Below are positions 16,270 to 26,027 of a stretch of DNA of 64,000 nt, piece by piece. Each line of letters starts with the position of its first letter. Within the stretch, counting starts at the first letter, position 1. The stretch is from a virus, in the IMG/VR virus record IMGVR_UViG_3300035698_008781, positions 14,806-78,805 of that record. The stretch is one strand, 5' to 3'. The notes below the pieces were generated by a model that saw only the letters and a list, made by a program, of their open reading frames with translations, was not told the DNA's origin and did not search any database. The position numbers and the translations under genes are program-made.

Positions 16270-18441
16270 ATGAATGGATTTGATAGAGTATTAGGTACTT
16301 TAAATGAAAGACGAGATCGTATATTATCTGGAAAAATTAACTGTATTCCATGGGGTTTACCAAGATTTGAAGAATTTAATCCTGGAATTGAAAAGTCTAA
16401 ATATTACTTATTCACAGCTAACTCAAAGGTAAATATTTAGTATAATATAAAAACTATTATAAAATATGCGTTAATAAAATAGGATTTTGGAAATTAATGT
16501 TGTGTATTTGTTAAAAATATATAAAATGAAACAAATTTCACAAAATTTAAAAAAATCAGGTATTTATTGTATTATAAATATAAATAATAATAAAAGATAT
16601 ATTGGAAGTTCCAAAAATATATATCAACGATTATTAAAACATCGTTCTTTGTTAAGAAATAATAAACATGAAAATTTAAAACTTCAAAATTCTTGGAATA
16701 AATATTTAGAAAATCAATTTGATTTTTATATTTTAGAATATTGTGATGAAAGTTTATTAGAAAAAAAAGAACAATTTTATATTGATACATTAAATCCTGA
16801 ATTAAATATTACATTAATTGTTGAAAGAAATATATTAAGTAAAGAATCTCGGATTAAACAATCTGAAACTAGAAAAAGAAAAATACAATCTGGTGAAATT
16901 AAACTATCTTGTGAAAAAATTATATATCAATATAATTTATCAGGTGAATTTATGAAAAAACATGAAAGTATTAAAAAAGCTTGCTTAGAACTTAATATAA
17001 GTGCTTCTACAATATGTAGATATTTAAATGGTACATATAAAAAAGGAGGTAATTATTTATGGTCTTTAGATTTTAAATCTAAATTAGAACCGTATGTTAA
17101 ACCTAAAAGAAATATGAAAAAATTATACAAAATTGTACAAATTATAGATTATTTAAATAATAATATAATAATTAAAGAATTTAATTCTTTAAAAGAATGT
17201 GCTTTATTTTATAATATTTTTTCATCTGTTGTATCAGAAACTATAAAAAATAAACGTAAATTTAAAAATAAGTATTTAATTATACTAAAACCTGCCTAAA
17301 TATAATAGTAATATTATGTTATGCACATCTGAATATCGGTGAAGACTAAGTTTTAATAATAATTAAAATATGTTAATACCGAGGCATAGGGAGTAAAGTT
17401 CCAGCCGTAGAGACTAGATGCAGATGCTCCTACTTGAAAAAGAGGATGAAGATATAGTCCAGACCACAAAACATTAAATTGGTAGTGAAAACTATAGTGG
17501 TACGAGGAAAAACACAAGGTGTAGATTTCTTATTTGTATATAATGCTTTTAGACAAATTAAAGAAAATAATTTACCTATTAAACTTGTTATTAAATATTT
17601 TTCATTAGAAATGTCTAAAGAAGAGAAAATAACACAATTTTTAAGTAATTTATTATTTGTAAAAAGTGGTATGAAAATAATAATATCACCTACTAATCTT
17701 AGAAGTACTAAAAAAGCTATTGATGAATCAATATTACAGTTTTTAGAAAATGAAAGATCTTATATTGAAGAATTCTTAGAATGTGTTGAGTTTATTGATA
17801 ATATTAGGAATCCATTTGGTATTTTTAATTATATGCGTGAATATGCATTATCTCATGGTATTCAACATAAAAAGACAGTTAATTATGGTAAGGGACCTAT
17901 TGAAGTAGACGATTGGTATGAAGAAGATGATCCAGAAGAATATGTATTACCTATCGTAGATCATGCTAAACTATTATCACCTGAAAATGGTGGTAATATA
18001 CAATCTGCGATAGGAGATTTATCAAGTAAATATTTTATACAATTACGTAATAAGTATCATCAATCTCCTGTATTAATACAACAACAAGCTGCTGCTCAAG
18101 AAAGTGTTGATAATATGAAAGCTAATAGACTTAGACCTACATTAGATGGTCTTGGTGAGAATAAAACAACTCAACAAGATGCTAATGTCATCTTTGGTTT
18201 GTTTAGTCCATTTAGACATCATATACCTGAGTATGAAGGACATGATATTAAATTTTATAAAGATAATATTAGATTTCTTGAAATATTAGGAGGTCGTGAA
18301 GGTGGTGCAGGTAGTATATGTGCATTATACTTTAATGGTGCTGTTAATTATTTTAAAGAATTACCAAGAGTAGAAGATGTTGAAGCAACTAGAATTACAA
18401 AACAAATAATTATTAATAACAGAAACAATGAGTTTAAATAA
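16270..18441 (+). CDS. dnaB: DnaB-like replicative helicase, join(16270..16430,17505..18441), 365 aa
   Basis: Exon 1 MNGFDRV...IPWG...FTANSKV joins GKTQ to form Walker A; YFSLEM, IVDH, LIQQQ, RPTL, DANV motifs. Confidence 0.88.
16431..17504 (+). mobile_element. group I intron in the helicase Walker A
   Basis: Exon 1 ends AAGGU. IGS CCUGCCU at 17291-17297 pairs with both exons. Core GAATATCGGTGAA / AATACCGAG / GTAGAGACTA / GAAGATATAGTCC, P3 CATCTG/CAGATG; terminal G at 17504. Confidence 0.9.
16526..17299 (+). CDS. GIY-YIG homing endonuclease with NUMOD-like repeats (intron-encoded)
   Basis: SGIYCI...YIGSS...R...H...EQFYI; IYQYNLSGEF..HESIKKA. ATG 16526 preferred over TTG 16487. Confidence 0.9.
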   Translation: MKQISQNLKKSGIYCIININNNKRYIGSSKNIYQRLLKHRSLLRNNKHENLKLQNSWNKYLENQFDFYILEYCDESLLEKKEQFYIDTLNPELNITLIVERNILSKESRIKQSETRKRKIQSGEIKLSCEKIIYQYNLSGEFMKKHESIKKACLELNISASTICRYLNGTYKKGGNYLWSLDFKSKLEPYVKPKRNMKKLYKIVQIIDYLNNNIIIKEFNSLKECALFYNIFSSVVSETIKNKRKFKNKYLIILKPA

Positions 18442-18691
18442 AAGTGAGAATAAAATAGGAATTGATCCTAGTCCTTATGAATATTCAAAATTATACAAAG
18501 GACAATATAATGGATTAAGATTTATTTTAATTCATAATAAATTATATGAAAATGAATTTGGTGAAACAGATTATTCAGTTGAAATAAATTGGATAGACAC
18601 ATTAGACGAAGAACGTCAAAAAACAGTTAATGAAGCTGTTACTAAAATATTTAAAAACAAGATAGAAAACGGGATTGTAATAAAAGATTAA
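18428..18691 (+). CDS. hypothetical protein
   Basis: 87-aa ORF. Confidence 0.6.
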   Translation: MSLNKSENKIGIDPSPYEYSKLYKGQYNGLRFILIHNKLYENEFGETDYSVEINWIDTLDEERQKTVNEAVTKIFKNKIENGIVIKD

Positions 18692-18693
18692 AG

Positions 18694-18987
18694 ATGGTAG
18701 TAATATATTGTAAAAAATACAAAAATGAAAAGCGTTATTTTATTTCACATAAAAAATTAATTTATATTGTTAATAAATATGATAATAAGTTTGATGATTT
18801 ATATATAATAGGTGGCGTTGTTAAAAATGAATTTGATAGTTGGGATTTTGTAAAAAATATAAATTCATATAAATGTAATAACTTTCATTTAAATATTTTA
18901 CAATTATTACAATCAAATGATAATCTCAATATAAAACTTGCTTTTGAAATAATAGATATGAAATATGCTAATAAATTTAGAGATTGA
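18694..18987 (+). CDS. small protein with L..S.D..N..LA motif
   Basis: LLQSNDNLNIKLAFEII. Confidence 0.6.
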   Translation: MVVIYCKKYKNEKRYFISHKKLIYIVNKYDNKFDDLYIIGGVVKNEFDSWDFVKNINSYKCNNFHLNILQLLQSNDNLNIKLAFEIIDMKYANKFRD

Positions 18988-19246
18988 AGAATTAATAACA
19001 TTTAGTGTGTTGTATACAAAACATTATAAATTTAATAAAGTTAGATATAACTTATTAAAAGGTAATAGTTTAATAAATGTTAATTCAATTGATTTTCAAG
19101 AAAAATATACTACTTTATTTAAAAAAGAAATATTAATTAATCATAAAGTATTAGATTTATTAAACAGTGATGATAGATATAATAATATATTAGCTTTGAA
19201 GTTAATAGAAAATAAATGTAAAATTAAGATATTAAACGATGAGTGA
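18965..19246 (+). CDS. small protein with L..S.D..N..LA motif
   Basis: LLNSDDRYNNILALKLI. Confidence 0.6.
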   Translation: MLINLEIEELITFSVLYTKHYKFNKVRYNLLKGNSLINVNSIDFQEKYTTLFKKEILINHKVLDLLNSDDRYNNILALKLIENKCKIKILNDE

Positions 19247-19673
19247 AATATTATGTAAAGTAGCTAAAGTTAAAATTAGATTTTCAACTTCTAAGATATA
19301 TAACACAGGTGATTATTATAAAATAAGAATTATTAATAATAATGAAAAATCTTTTATTTATATAAGTACTTATCTTGTAGAATATGTAATGAATGATATT
19401 AAAAATGAATTAATGTTTGAAAAATTAATACTTAATTTTCATTCTTATTTAAAAGAATTAGCACCTCGTTCATATTCACGTAGTTTATTTGTAAAAAATA
19501 AAGATCATCCTTATAATAGTATTACAAAGTATTGTTTACATTGTTTACATCATTATTATAAGAAAATAACATTACCATCTAATTTTATAGAATTATTAGA
19601 AGTAAATGATATATATACTATTAAAGTATTAATATTAATTTTAAAAAATAAATTAGATAATGAAAGTAATTAA
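19239..19673 (+). CDS. hypothetical protein with a divergent copy of the same C-terminal motif
   Basis: LLEVNDIYTIKVLILIL. Confidence 0.55.
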   Translation: MSEILCKVAKVKIRFSTSKIYNTGDYYKIRIINNNEKSFIYISTYLVEYVMNDIKNELMFEKLILNFHSYLKELAPRSYSRSLFVKNKDHPYNSITKYCLHCLHHYYKKITLPSNFIELLEVNDIYTIKVLILILKNKLDNESN

Positions 19674-19789
19674 AGCTGTATATTTAGAAGAAGAATTTTT
19701 AAATTTAATAGAATCAACAAAACAAAATCAAGATAAATTGAATCAAGTTTTAATATGGGAAATATTACAACAAAAAATTAAAAAAAAAC

Positions 19790-20734
19790 ATGAAAAATAA
19801 AATCATTCTTACAAGTAAGCATGGAAGACCTTCAACTAAAGAAGTATATTCAACAATGTCATCAGGATCATTAGTCCAAAGAAGACAAATTTTTAGTACT
19901 AAAACTCGTAAATTGTTAAAACAATATTATAGAGTATACAGAAATAATGATAGTAATACCTTACATAAAGAAAAAAATGTAGAAACAGAAGGTAATATTA
20001 TCGTTAGATGGGGTACACGTGAAGAAGTTGTAACAGATTCTTCAACAATTGTATATAATCAAAGTAAAGCAATTGCTAACGCTACGAATAAAAGACTATC
20101 AAGAGAAATTTTCATTGAAAAAAAAGTAAGTTGTCCAGTATTGGTTACACCTGAAAACTTTGATGAATCTTATTTACCTATAATTGCTAGACCATTAGTT
20201 CATTCTAAAGGTAAGAATTTTATAGTACTAAAAACACCAAATGATTTTATTATTCATTATAATAAAAATAATGAAGGTTGGTATTATTCTCAATTTATTA
20301 ATAAAGAGAGAGAATTTAGAATTCATTGTGCTCATAGTAAAGTGTTAGCTGTTATGGAAAAATCAAATCCAGATAATGGTAATATAGCTTGGAATAGAGC
20401 TCAAAATGATACAGAACCATTTGAATATATTGCTTGGTCACAAGTTGATGAACAAGATTTAAAATGCGTACTAGAAGAAGCTATTAAAGCTACTGCTGTA
20501 GTAGGTTTAGATATGGCAGGTGTAGATGTTATGTTATGTGGAGGTACAGCTTATGTACTAGAGGTTAATACTGCTCCCACCCTTAACACATCACCATATG
20601 TTGCTTCTAGATGGGGAATGTATTTTGATTGGTTATTTAGACAAGATAAAAGACGTGAACATTGGGATTATACTCAATTTAAAAAAGGTTCAAGTTTGAT
20701 TTGGAAAAATAAACAATTAAATGAAACTAAATAA
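19790..20734 (+). CDS. ATP-grasp (RimK-like) ligase
   Basis: PIIARP, EREFRIH, GLDMAGVDV, YVLEVNTAP. Confidence 0.85.
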   Translation: MKNKIILTSKHGRPSTKEVYSTMSSGSLVQRRQIFSTKTRKLLKQYYRVYRNNDSNTLHKEKNVETEGNIIVRWGTREEVVTDSSTIVYNQSKAIANATNKRLSREIFIEKKVSCPVLVTPENFDESYLPIIARPLVHSKGKNFIVLKTPNDFIIHYNKNNEGWYYSQFINKEREFRIHCAHSKVLAVMEKSNPDNGNIAWNRAQNDTEPFEYIAWSQVDEQDLKCVLEEAIKATAVVGLDMAGVDVMLCGGTAYVLEVNTAPTLNTSPYVASRWGMYFDWLFRQDKRREHWDYTQFKKGSSLIWKNKQLNETK

Positions 20735-20736
20735 TT

Positions 20737-21033
20737 ATGAAAAAAACAGCAACATCATGTTGTGCATTAGCACAACTATCAGGTTTAAGTAATAATACTA
20801 CAAAAGAAGAACTTCAATTAGAAATTGTTAAATTAACACAAGAACGTAATGAAGTGTATATACCTGGAGATTCTTCAGGTAAAGGACAAACAGCTGTTTT
20901 TGTTATAACAACACCTAAAGAAAAAGTTTTAGAAATGTTATTACTTTCACAAAATTTTAATCCTGTTACAGAATTTAAACGTAGATTAGGTTATGAAGAC
21001 GGCTTATTAACTATGTATGTAAAACATTTATAA
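20737..21033 (+). CDS. hypothetical protein
   Basis: 98-aa ORF, N-terminal SCC. Confidence 0.6.
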   Translation: MKKTATSCCALAQLSGLSNNTTKEELQLEIVKLTQERNEVYIPGDSSGKGQTAVFVITTPKEKVLEMLLLSQNFNPVTEFKRRLGYEDGLLTMYVKHL

Positions 21034-21392
21034 TGAAATTGAGTAATTATAGAAGTAAAAGTAAGTTATATAGGGTGATTGTTAAGATATCAATTAGTCC
21101 TATAACTCGTACTATTTTATATGAAGAAATTAATATTCCTAAATTACATTTTACTATTGAATTAACAAATACTTTAAATTATCGTTATGCATGGTCATTT
21201 AGAACAGAAACTGAAATAAACGAAAGTGTTAAAAATTATCATAAAAATGATTCTATAAAAAGAGAATAACCTTATTTTGAAAAAAATCATGTTTTACTTG
21301 AAGATGTTTTAATATCATTAATGGAAAGTGATGATAAATCTAATATAGCATTAGTTGCTGAAATATTAAAAATTAAAGTACAAATAAAATGA
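21033..21392 (+). pseudogene. motif-family gene interrupted by in-frame TAA at 21267-21269
   Basis: The frame continues after the stop: PYFEKNHVLLEDVLISLMESDDKSNIALVAEILKIKVQIK*. Confidence 0.6.
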
Positions 21393-21490
21393 AAGTAATA
21401 AACTTAAAATAAAAATAAAATGTCAATAGAAAACGAAAACGGCAATTTTGCCAAACCACTGTTATAAGCAGGTTTTTAACACTAAAAATT

Positions 21491-21673
21491 ATGACTAAAA
21501 AAATTAAATTAGAAATCACAGAAGCACAATTAACAGCTTTAGTAGAAGTTATAAATGAATGTTCTGCAATGATTGGAGCAAGCGGAGAAGATGCAGATAA
21601 AAATAGAACTCATTGGGTTGAATTACTCGATAGACTGCTGAAAAATAATGGTTATAAACGTGAGTTCCTTTAA
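21491..21673 (+). CDS. cassette-borne hypothetical protein
   Basis: 60-aa ORF flanked by GTTATAAGCA and TGCTTATAAC. Confidence 0.65.
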   Translation: MTKKIKLEITEAQLTALVEVINECSAMIGASGEDADKNRTHWVELLDRLLKNNGYKREFL

Positions 21674-21675
21674 AC

Positions 21676-21957
21676 TTGCTTATAACGTTTGGTGCTTTGC
21701 GTAGTGCAAACACCAAGCCAACCAATTGCGGTTATACAGTGTTAGCCACCGTTTTTGAAAAGCACATACTTCATTTTGATATTGGTGATAGTGTGTATTT
21801 AAAAACTGACCCTGAACAATGTGAAAGATTAGTTACGGGTATAAATATTAGACAAGATAGAATTAGCTATGCACTTTCTTTTTTGACAAACGAAAATTAT
21901 CATTACAATTTTGAAATTTCAAAAGAACGAGATATTGTAAAAGCAACGTCATCTTAA
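21676..21957 (+). CDS. cassette-borne hypothetical protein (true start uncertain)
   Basis: FDIGDSVYLKTDPEQ...; the frame runs through the attC-like site. Confidence 0.55.
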   Translation: MLITFGALRSANTKPTNCGYTVLATVFEKHILHFDIGDSVYLKTDPEQCERLVTGINIRQDRISYALSFLTNENYHYNFEISKERDIVKATSS

Positions 21958-22030
21958 ATGGTGAATAACACTGATGACTTTGTCTTGTTGCCGACAAAAC
22001 ACAAGATCAATTTTAAATAAATCACAAATT

Positions 22031-22246
22031 ATGGAAGGAAAATGCCCAAAAGATAGCAGAAAGAATAGACCTGTATTTATTACTTATAACAATAAAAGAA
22101 CATTGGCTATGGCTGATGGTAAAGGACATGCATATAAAATGTACGGTGATGATTATATGCAATTAGAAAGTAAATGCTTACCTGAAAATAAGTACGACCC
22201 AAGTGAATATGAATTTGATAGAGGTTTAAGTGGGTTCGACTTTTAA
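22031..22246 (+). CDS. cassette-borne hypothetical protein
   Basis: ATG 22031 follows an A-rich leader; stop just before GCCTAAC. Confidence 0.55.
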   Translation: MEGKCPKDSRKNRPVFITYNNKRTLAMADGKGHAYKMYGDDYMQLESKCLPENKYDPSEYEFDRGLSGFDF

Positions 22247-22408
22247 TTGTGCCTAACGGTACTCGTGTATAATAAGTGGCTTGTAGATAAACCAACTAAC
22301 TACTTATCAAGACAAACAAATAAATTAAACACAATCTAAGCCATTGACTATACACGATGTTGTGCAATAGTGCTTTTAAAAACAAATATTAATTATAAAA
22401 TTAAAAAA

Positions 22409-22753
22409 ATGAAAGAATTAATAAAAACAATAAGTTGGTTATTAAATGGTGTTCAATCAGGATTAACAATGGATGAATTAGCTAAATATGGTATTATATC
22501 AGAAGAATCAACAGAATCAGATGGTATTATTACAGTAACTAGAAGTTTTACATCTAATGATGATACTTTAACTAAAGTGATTACCATAAAGTATGATAAG
22601 TCTATTGAAGAAAAAGCTGTTCAAGAAGAACTTAGTAAATTAAAACAAAAAGTAGCTGAATATGATCAAAAAATTAACGAGGCAGTTAACAAAGAGGATT
22701 ATGAATCTGCTGCAATCTTCAAAAAAGAAAAAGACGCTTTTTTACGAAGTTAA
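22409..22753 (+). CDS. protein with C-terminal UvrB/UvrC coiled-coil motif
   Basis: KINEAVNKEDYESAAIFKKE. Confidence 0.65.
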   Translation: MKELIKTISWLLNGVQSGLTMDELAKYGIISEESTESDGIITVTRSFTSNDDTLTKVITIKYDKSIEEKAVQEELSKLKQKVAEYDQKINEAVNKEDYESAAIFKKEKDAFLRS

Positions 22754-22978
22754 ATATTATATAAGAAATTCTTATGTAAATAAAATTAGATTTAAGGTTT
22801 GATGCTTATCAATTTATAAGTGGTGAATACAGATTTAATAAACGGACATATAATAAAGGATTATCATTTTTAAAAATAATTAATAATTTTCAAATAGAAC
22901 CTAATTTAATTAATTTAATTGATAGTACAGATATTACTAATAAAACATTAGCATATATTATAATAAAAGAAAGATTGA

Positions 22979-24079
22979 ATGAACGTACAAGAAAAAATAC
23001 AAAAGGAAGTAGAGGGGAAATGGTATCAAAATAATTGTAAAGGTTTAGCTTTATTAGCTACAGGTTCAGGTAAATCTAAAATATTTATTAATATAGTTTC
23101 TAAAGAAAAGAAAAAATGGTTACTCGTTGTTCCTACTGAGAAACTTCGTGATAGAAATTGGAAGGATGAATTTAAAAAGTGGAAAAAAACAAGTATTTAT
23201 AATAAATATGTAGATACTTGTTGTTATGCTAGTCTTAAAAACATTAATTTATCATTATATGATGGGGTATGTTTGGATGAATGTCATAATATAACTGCTA
23301 ATAATGTGCAACCTTTTAAAAACTATGTAGATTCTATTAAAATACTATGCTTAACAGCTACTAGACCAACTGATTTACAGAAACAATATATATTAGAAAC
23401 CATGTTAAAATGTGAAATAATATATACATTATCATTAAAAGAAGCAATAAAAGTTGGGATAGTAGCTCCGTTAAGTATTATAATTCATGAATTAGAACTT
23501 AATACTATTAAAAATATATCTGTTAAATATAAAGATAAAACAGGTGTTGAAAGAACTTTCTATCAATCTGAAAAAGGTTCATATGACTATATATGTCAAA
23601 AGATAGCGAGAAAATCTAAACCAACATCTTTTGATTATATATTTAGAGCTAAGTTTATTTATGACTCTAAAACTAAAACAGATTATGCTAAAGTATTATT
23701 AGATAAATTACCAAAAGATAAAAGAATATTAATATTTTCACAATCAATTAAACAGATTGAGTCAATAATGAAAGAAACCTATCATTCTAAAACTACAGAT
23801 AAATTTTATAATTTATTTATGAAGGAAAAGATAAAACGACTAGGTGTTGTACAATCATTAAATGAAGGTGAAAATATACCAAACTTAGATATTGGTATGA
23901 TAATACAATTTAATTCTAATCCTAAGAATACGTTTCAACGTATAGGAAGGATTATAAGAAAAAGAGATAACCATGAAGCTGAAATTCATATCATTGTACT
24001 TAAAGATACAGTAGATGAACAGTGGATTAATAATATTCTTATTGAATATGAGGATATAATAACAAGAATTAAAGTATAA
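22979..24079 (+). CDS. superfamily 2 helicase
   Basis: ATGSGKS, DECH, LTAT, QRIGRIIR. Confidence 0.9.
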   Translation: MNVQEKIQKEVEGKWYQNNCKGLALLATGSGKSKIFINIVSKEKKKWLLVVPTEKLRDRNWKDEFKKWKKTSIYNKYVDTCCYASLKNINLSLYDGVCLDECHNITANNVQPFKNYVDSIKILCLTATRPTDLQKQYILETMLKCEIIYTLSLKEAIKVGIVAPLSIIIHELELNTIKNISVKYKDKTGVERTFYQSEKGSYDYICQKIARKSKPTSFDYIFRAKFIYDSKTKTDYAKVLLDKLPKDKRILIFSQSIKQIESIMKETYHSKTTDKFYNLFMKEKIKRLGVVQSLNEGENIPNLDIGMIIQFNSNPKNTFQRIGRIIRKRDNHEAEIHIIVLKDTVDEQWINNILIEYEDIITRIKV

Positions 24080-24082
24080 AAA

Positions 24083-24340
24083 ATGACAAAAGCAAAAATT
24101 ATAGCAAAAAGTACAGCAGTTAAGAAAATTGCTGAAAATGCAGGTAAATTCTTTACTGTAACTTTTAAAAAAAAGAATAATACTGAAAGAACTATTAATT
24201 GTTTAGTTAAAAAACAACACACTACTAAATTAGGATACATTAGTGTATACAGTATTCCTGATAAAGGTTATAGAAGTGTTGACCCAAGAACTATGACATC
24301 ACTTAGTATTCAAAACGAAGTATTTAAAATTAGAAAATAA
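24083..24340 (+). CDS. small SH3/WYL-like phage protein
   Basis: FFTVTFKKKNNTERT...YRSV pattern. Confidence 0.5.
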   Translation: MTKAKIIAKSTAVKKIAENAGKFFTVTFKKKNNTERTINCLVKKQHTTKLGYISVYSIPDKGYRSVDPRTMTSLSIQNEVFKIRK

Positions 24341-24741
24341 TGACAAAAATGACAAAAATGACTGAAGACCAATTTAGTGAAGTTATAAACACTACGCTAG
24401 ATAATCTAAAAGAATTGTTAATTAATAAAGGTAAGGAGTATAGACGCAATAATGATCCATTTCATAATTTTAATGAAGGTGGTAGGCGTAAAAATATACA
24501 CCCTATTGAAGCATTAGATGGGATGTTATTAAAACATGAAATTTCTATTGCAGATATAACCAATGATTTAATTAAAGATATTATTCCTAAAAAGTCAAGT
24601 ATTAATGAAAAATTTGATGATAATTTAGTTTATTTACTACTTAAAAAAGCAATGATAAATCATTATATTAATGAAAATCAGAAAGTAGAATTAACTAAAA
24701 TTGCTGAACATTTTTCACATCATGTAAATGTAGAGCAATAA
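24340..24741 (+). CDS. hypothetical alpha-helical protein, possibly nucleotide-metabolism associated
   Basis: KGKEY...DPFHNF...KH motif; adjacent to thyA. Confidence 0.5.
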   Translation: MTKMTKMTEDQFSEVINTTLDNLKELLINKGKEYRRNNDPFHNFNEGGRRKNIHPIEALDGMLLKHEISIADITNDLIKDIIPKKSSINEKFDDNLVYLLLKKAMINHYINENQKVELTKIAEHFSHHVNVEQ

Positions 24742-25829
24742 TGGCTAAAATAGATCACACATATCATAACCTCCTTGAGAAAATTCTTGAGGAGGGATAT
24801 GATTATAAAGATGAAAGTAGAGATGTTATGTGTAAACAAATAAGTTCTTATGAATTTAGACATAATATAAGATTGAATGGATTTCCAGCAATTACAACTA
24901 AAAAATTATACTGGAAAGGTATTGTGGGTGAATTAATTTGGTTTTTAAGAGGTGATACAAATATTAAATATTTAGTAGATAACAATATTCATATTTGGAA
25001 TAAAGATGCTTATAATTGGTATGTAAAAAACCATAGTGAAGTAGGTGGTTCAAAATTATTATCAATTGAAAACTGGCATGAAGATGCTAAAAAGTTTCCT
25101 GAGATTTATACTTTAGGTAGAGTATATGGTGCTCAATGGAGAAGCTGGTCTGCACCAGTTTTGTATAATGATTTACCAGGATTACCAATTGAATTAGATC
25201 AAATATCTAATTTAATTCAGAATCTTAAAGATAAACCTATGTCTCGTAGACATATTATTACAGCATGGAATCCTGCTCAATTAGATGATATGGCTTTACC
25301 ACCATGTCATTGGAGTTTTGAGATATTACCAAGACCTTTAACTGAAAATGAAAGGATTAAAATATTTAAAGAAAAATATAAAGTTTTTAACGGATTACCA
25401 CCTTTTCAAATTTTATTAGACTCTAAAAATATACCAAAATACACATTTGATTTAAAGTGGCATCAACGTAGCGTTGATACATTTCTTGGGTTACCATTTA
25501 ATATCGCATCTTATGGATTATTAATGGAAATTATTGGTAAATTAACTAATATGGTTCCTAATGAATTAATTGGTGATTTATCAAATGTTCATATCTATTA
25601 TGACCATTTAATCGCTGTTAAAACACAGTTGAAAAATAAACCTGGTAAGTATTGGGAACCTATTGAATTAGAAATTAAAGATATTCCTGAATACAGAAGA
25701 ATTAGAGAATTTGGAATAGGTTCGTGTTCTTTTGATAATCTAATGATTAATATGAATATTGAAGACTTTAAACTAAAAGATTATGAATCATATCCAGCAA
25801 TACCTGCTGAGATGTTAGCACCTAAATAA
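24741..25829 (+). CDS. thyA: thymidylate synthase
   Basis: ELIWFLRG, VYGAQWR, MALPPCH, QRSVDTFLGLPFNIASY, HIY. Confidence 0.96.
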   Translation: MAKIDHTYHNLLEKILEEGYDYKDESRDVMCKQISSYEFRHNIRLNGFPAITTKKLYWKGIVGELIWFLRGDTNIKYLVDNNIHIWNKDAYNWYVKNHSEVGGSKLLSIENWHEDAKKFPEIYTLGRVYGAQWRSWSAPVLYNDLPGLPIELDQISNLIQNLKDKPMSRRHIITAWNPAQLDDMALPPCHWSFEILPRPLTENERIKIFKEKYKVFNGLPPFQILLDSKNIPKYTFDLKWHQRSVDTFLGLPFNIASYGLLMEIIGKLTNMVPNELIGDLSNVHIYYDHLIAVKTQLKNKPGKYWEPIELEIKDIPEYRRIREFGIGSCSFDNLMINMNIEDFKLKDYESYPAIPAEMLAPK

Positions 25830-26027
25830 AAAAAATTATGAAACAAATTACACTTAAATTTAAATCTGAAGAAGAATTTAAAGAAGTTAGAAATATTATG
25901 TTAGAAGATATTAAAGAAGATCCTACTATTGGGGAAATTAAATTACTAAAAGACGGTAATATTATATTAACTTTTGGTAAAATAGACGAAGAATAAAAAT
26001 TAAAACTTAAAATAAAGAAAAGATAGA

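Larger units (their letters stand above)
21435..22365 (+). mobile_element. attC-like (integron-type) cassette array, no integrase in window
   Basis: Genes are bracketed by complementary GTT.../...AAC core sites, and there is a complete imperfect palindrome at 22251-22365. Confidence 0.7.

Noticed and set aside
17479-17504. TTG start for a 320-aa helicase
   Set aside because: It lies in the intron 3' end; the real N-terminus is exon 1 at 16270.
12159-18441. Inteins or frameshifts as the cause of the split polB and helicase
   Set aside because: Complete group I cores with U-G splice pairs and terminal Gs explain both breaks exactly.
24340-24365. ATGACAAAA triplication (MTKMTKMT)
   Set aside because: A trivial micro-duplication at a gene start that only makes the start codon ambiguous.
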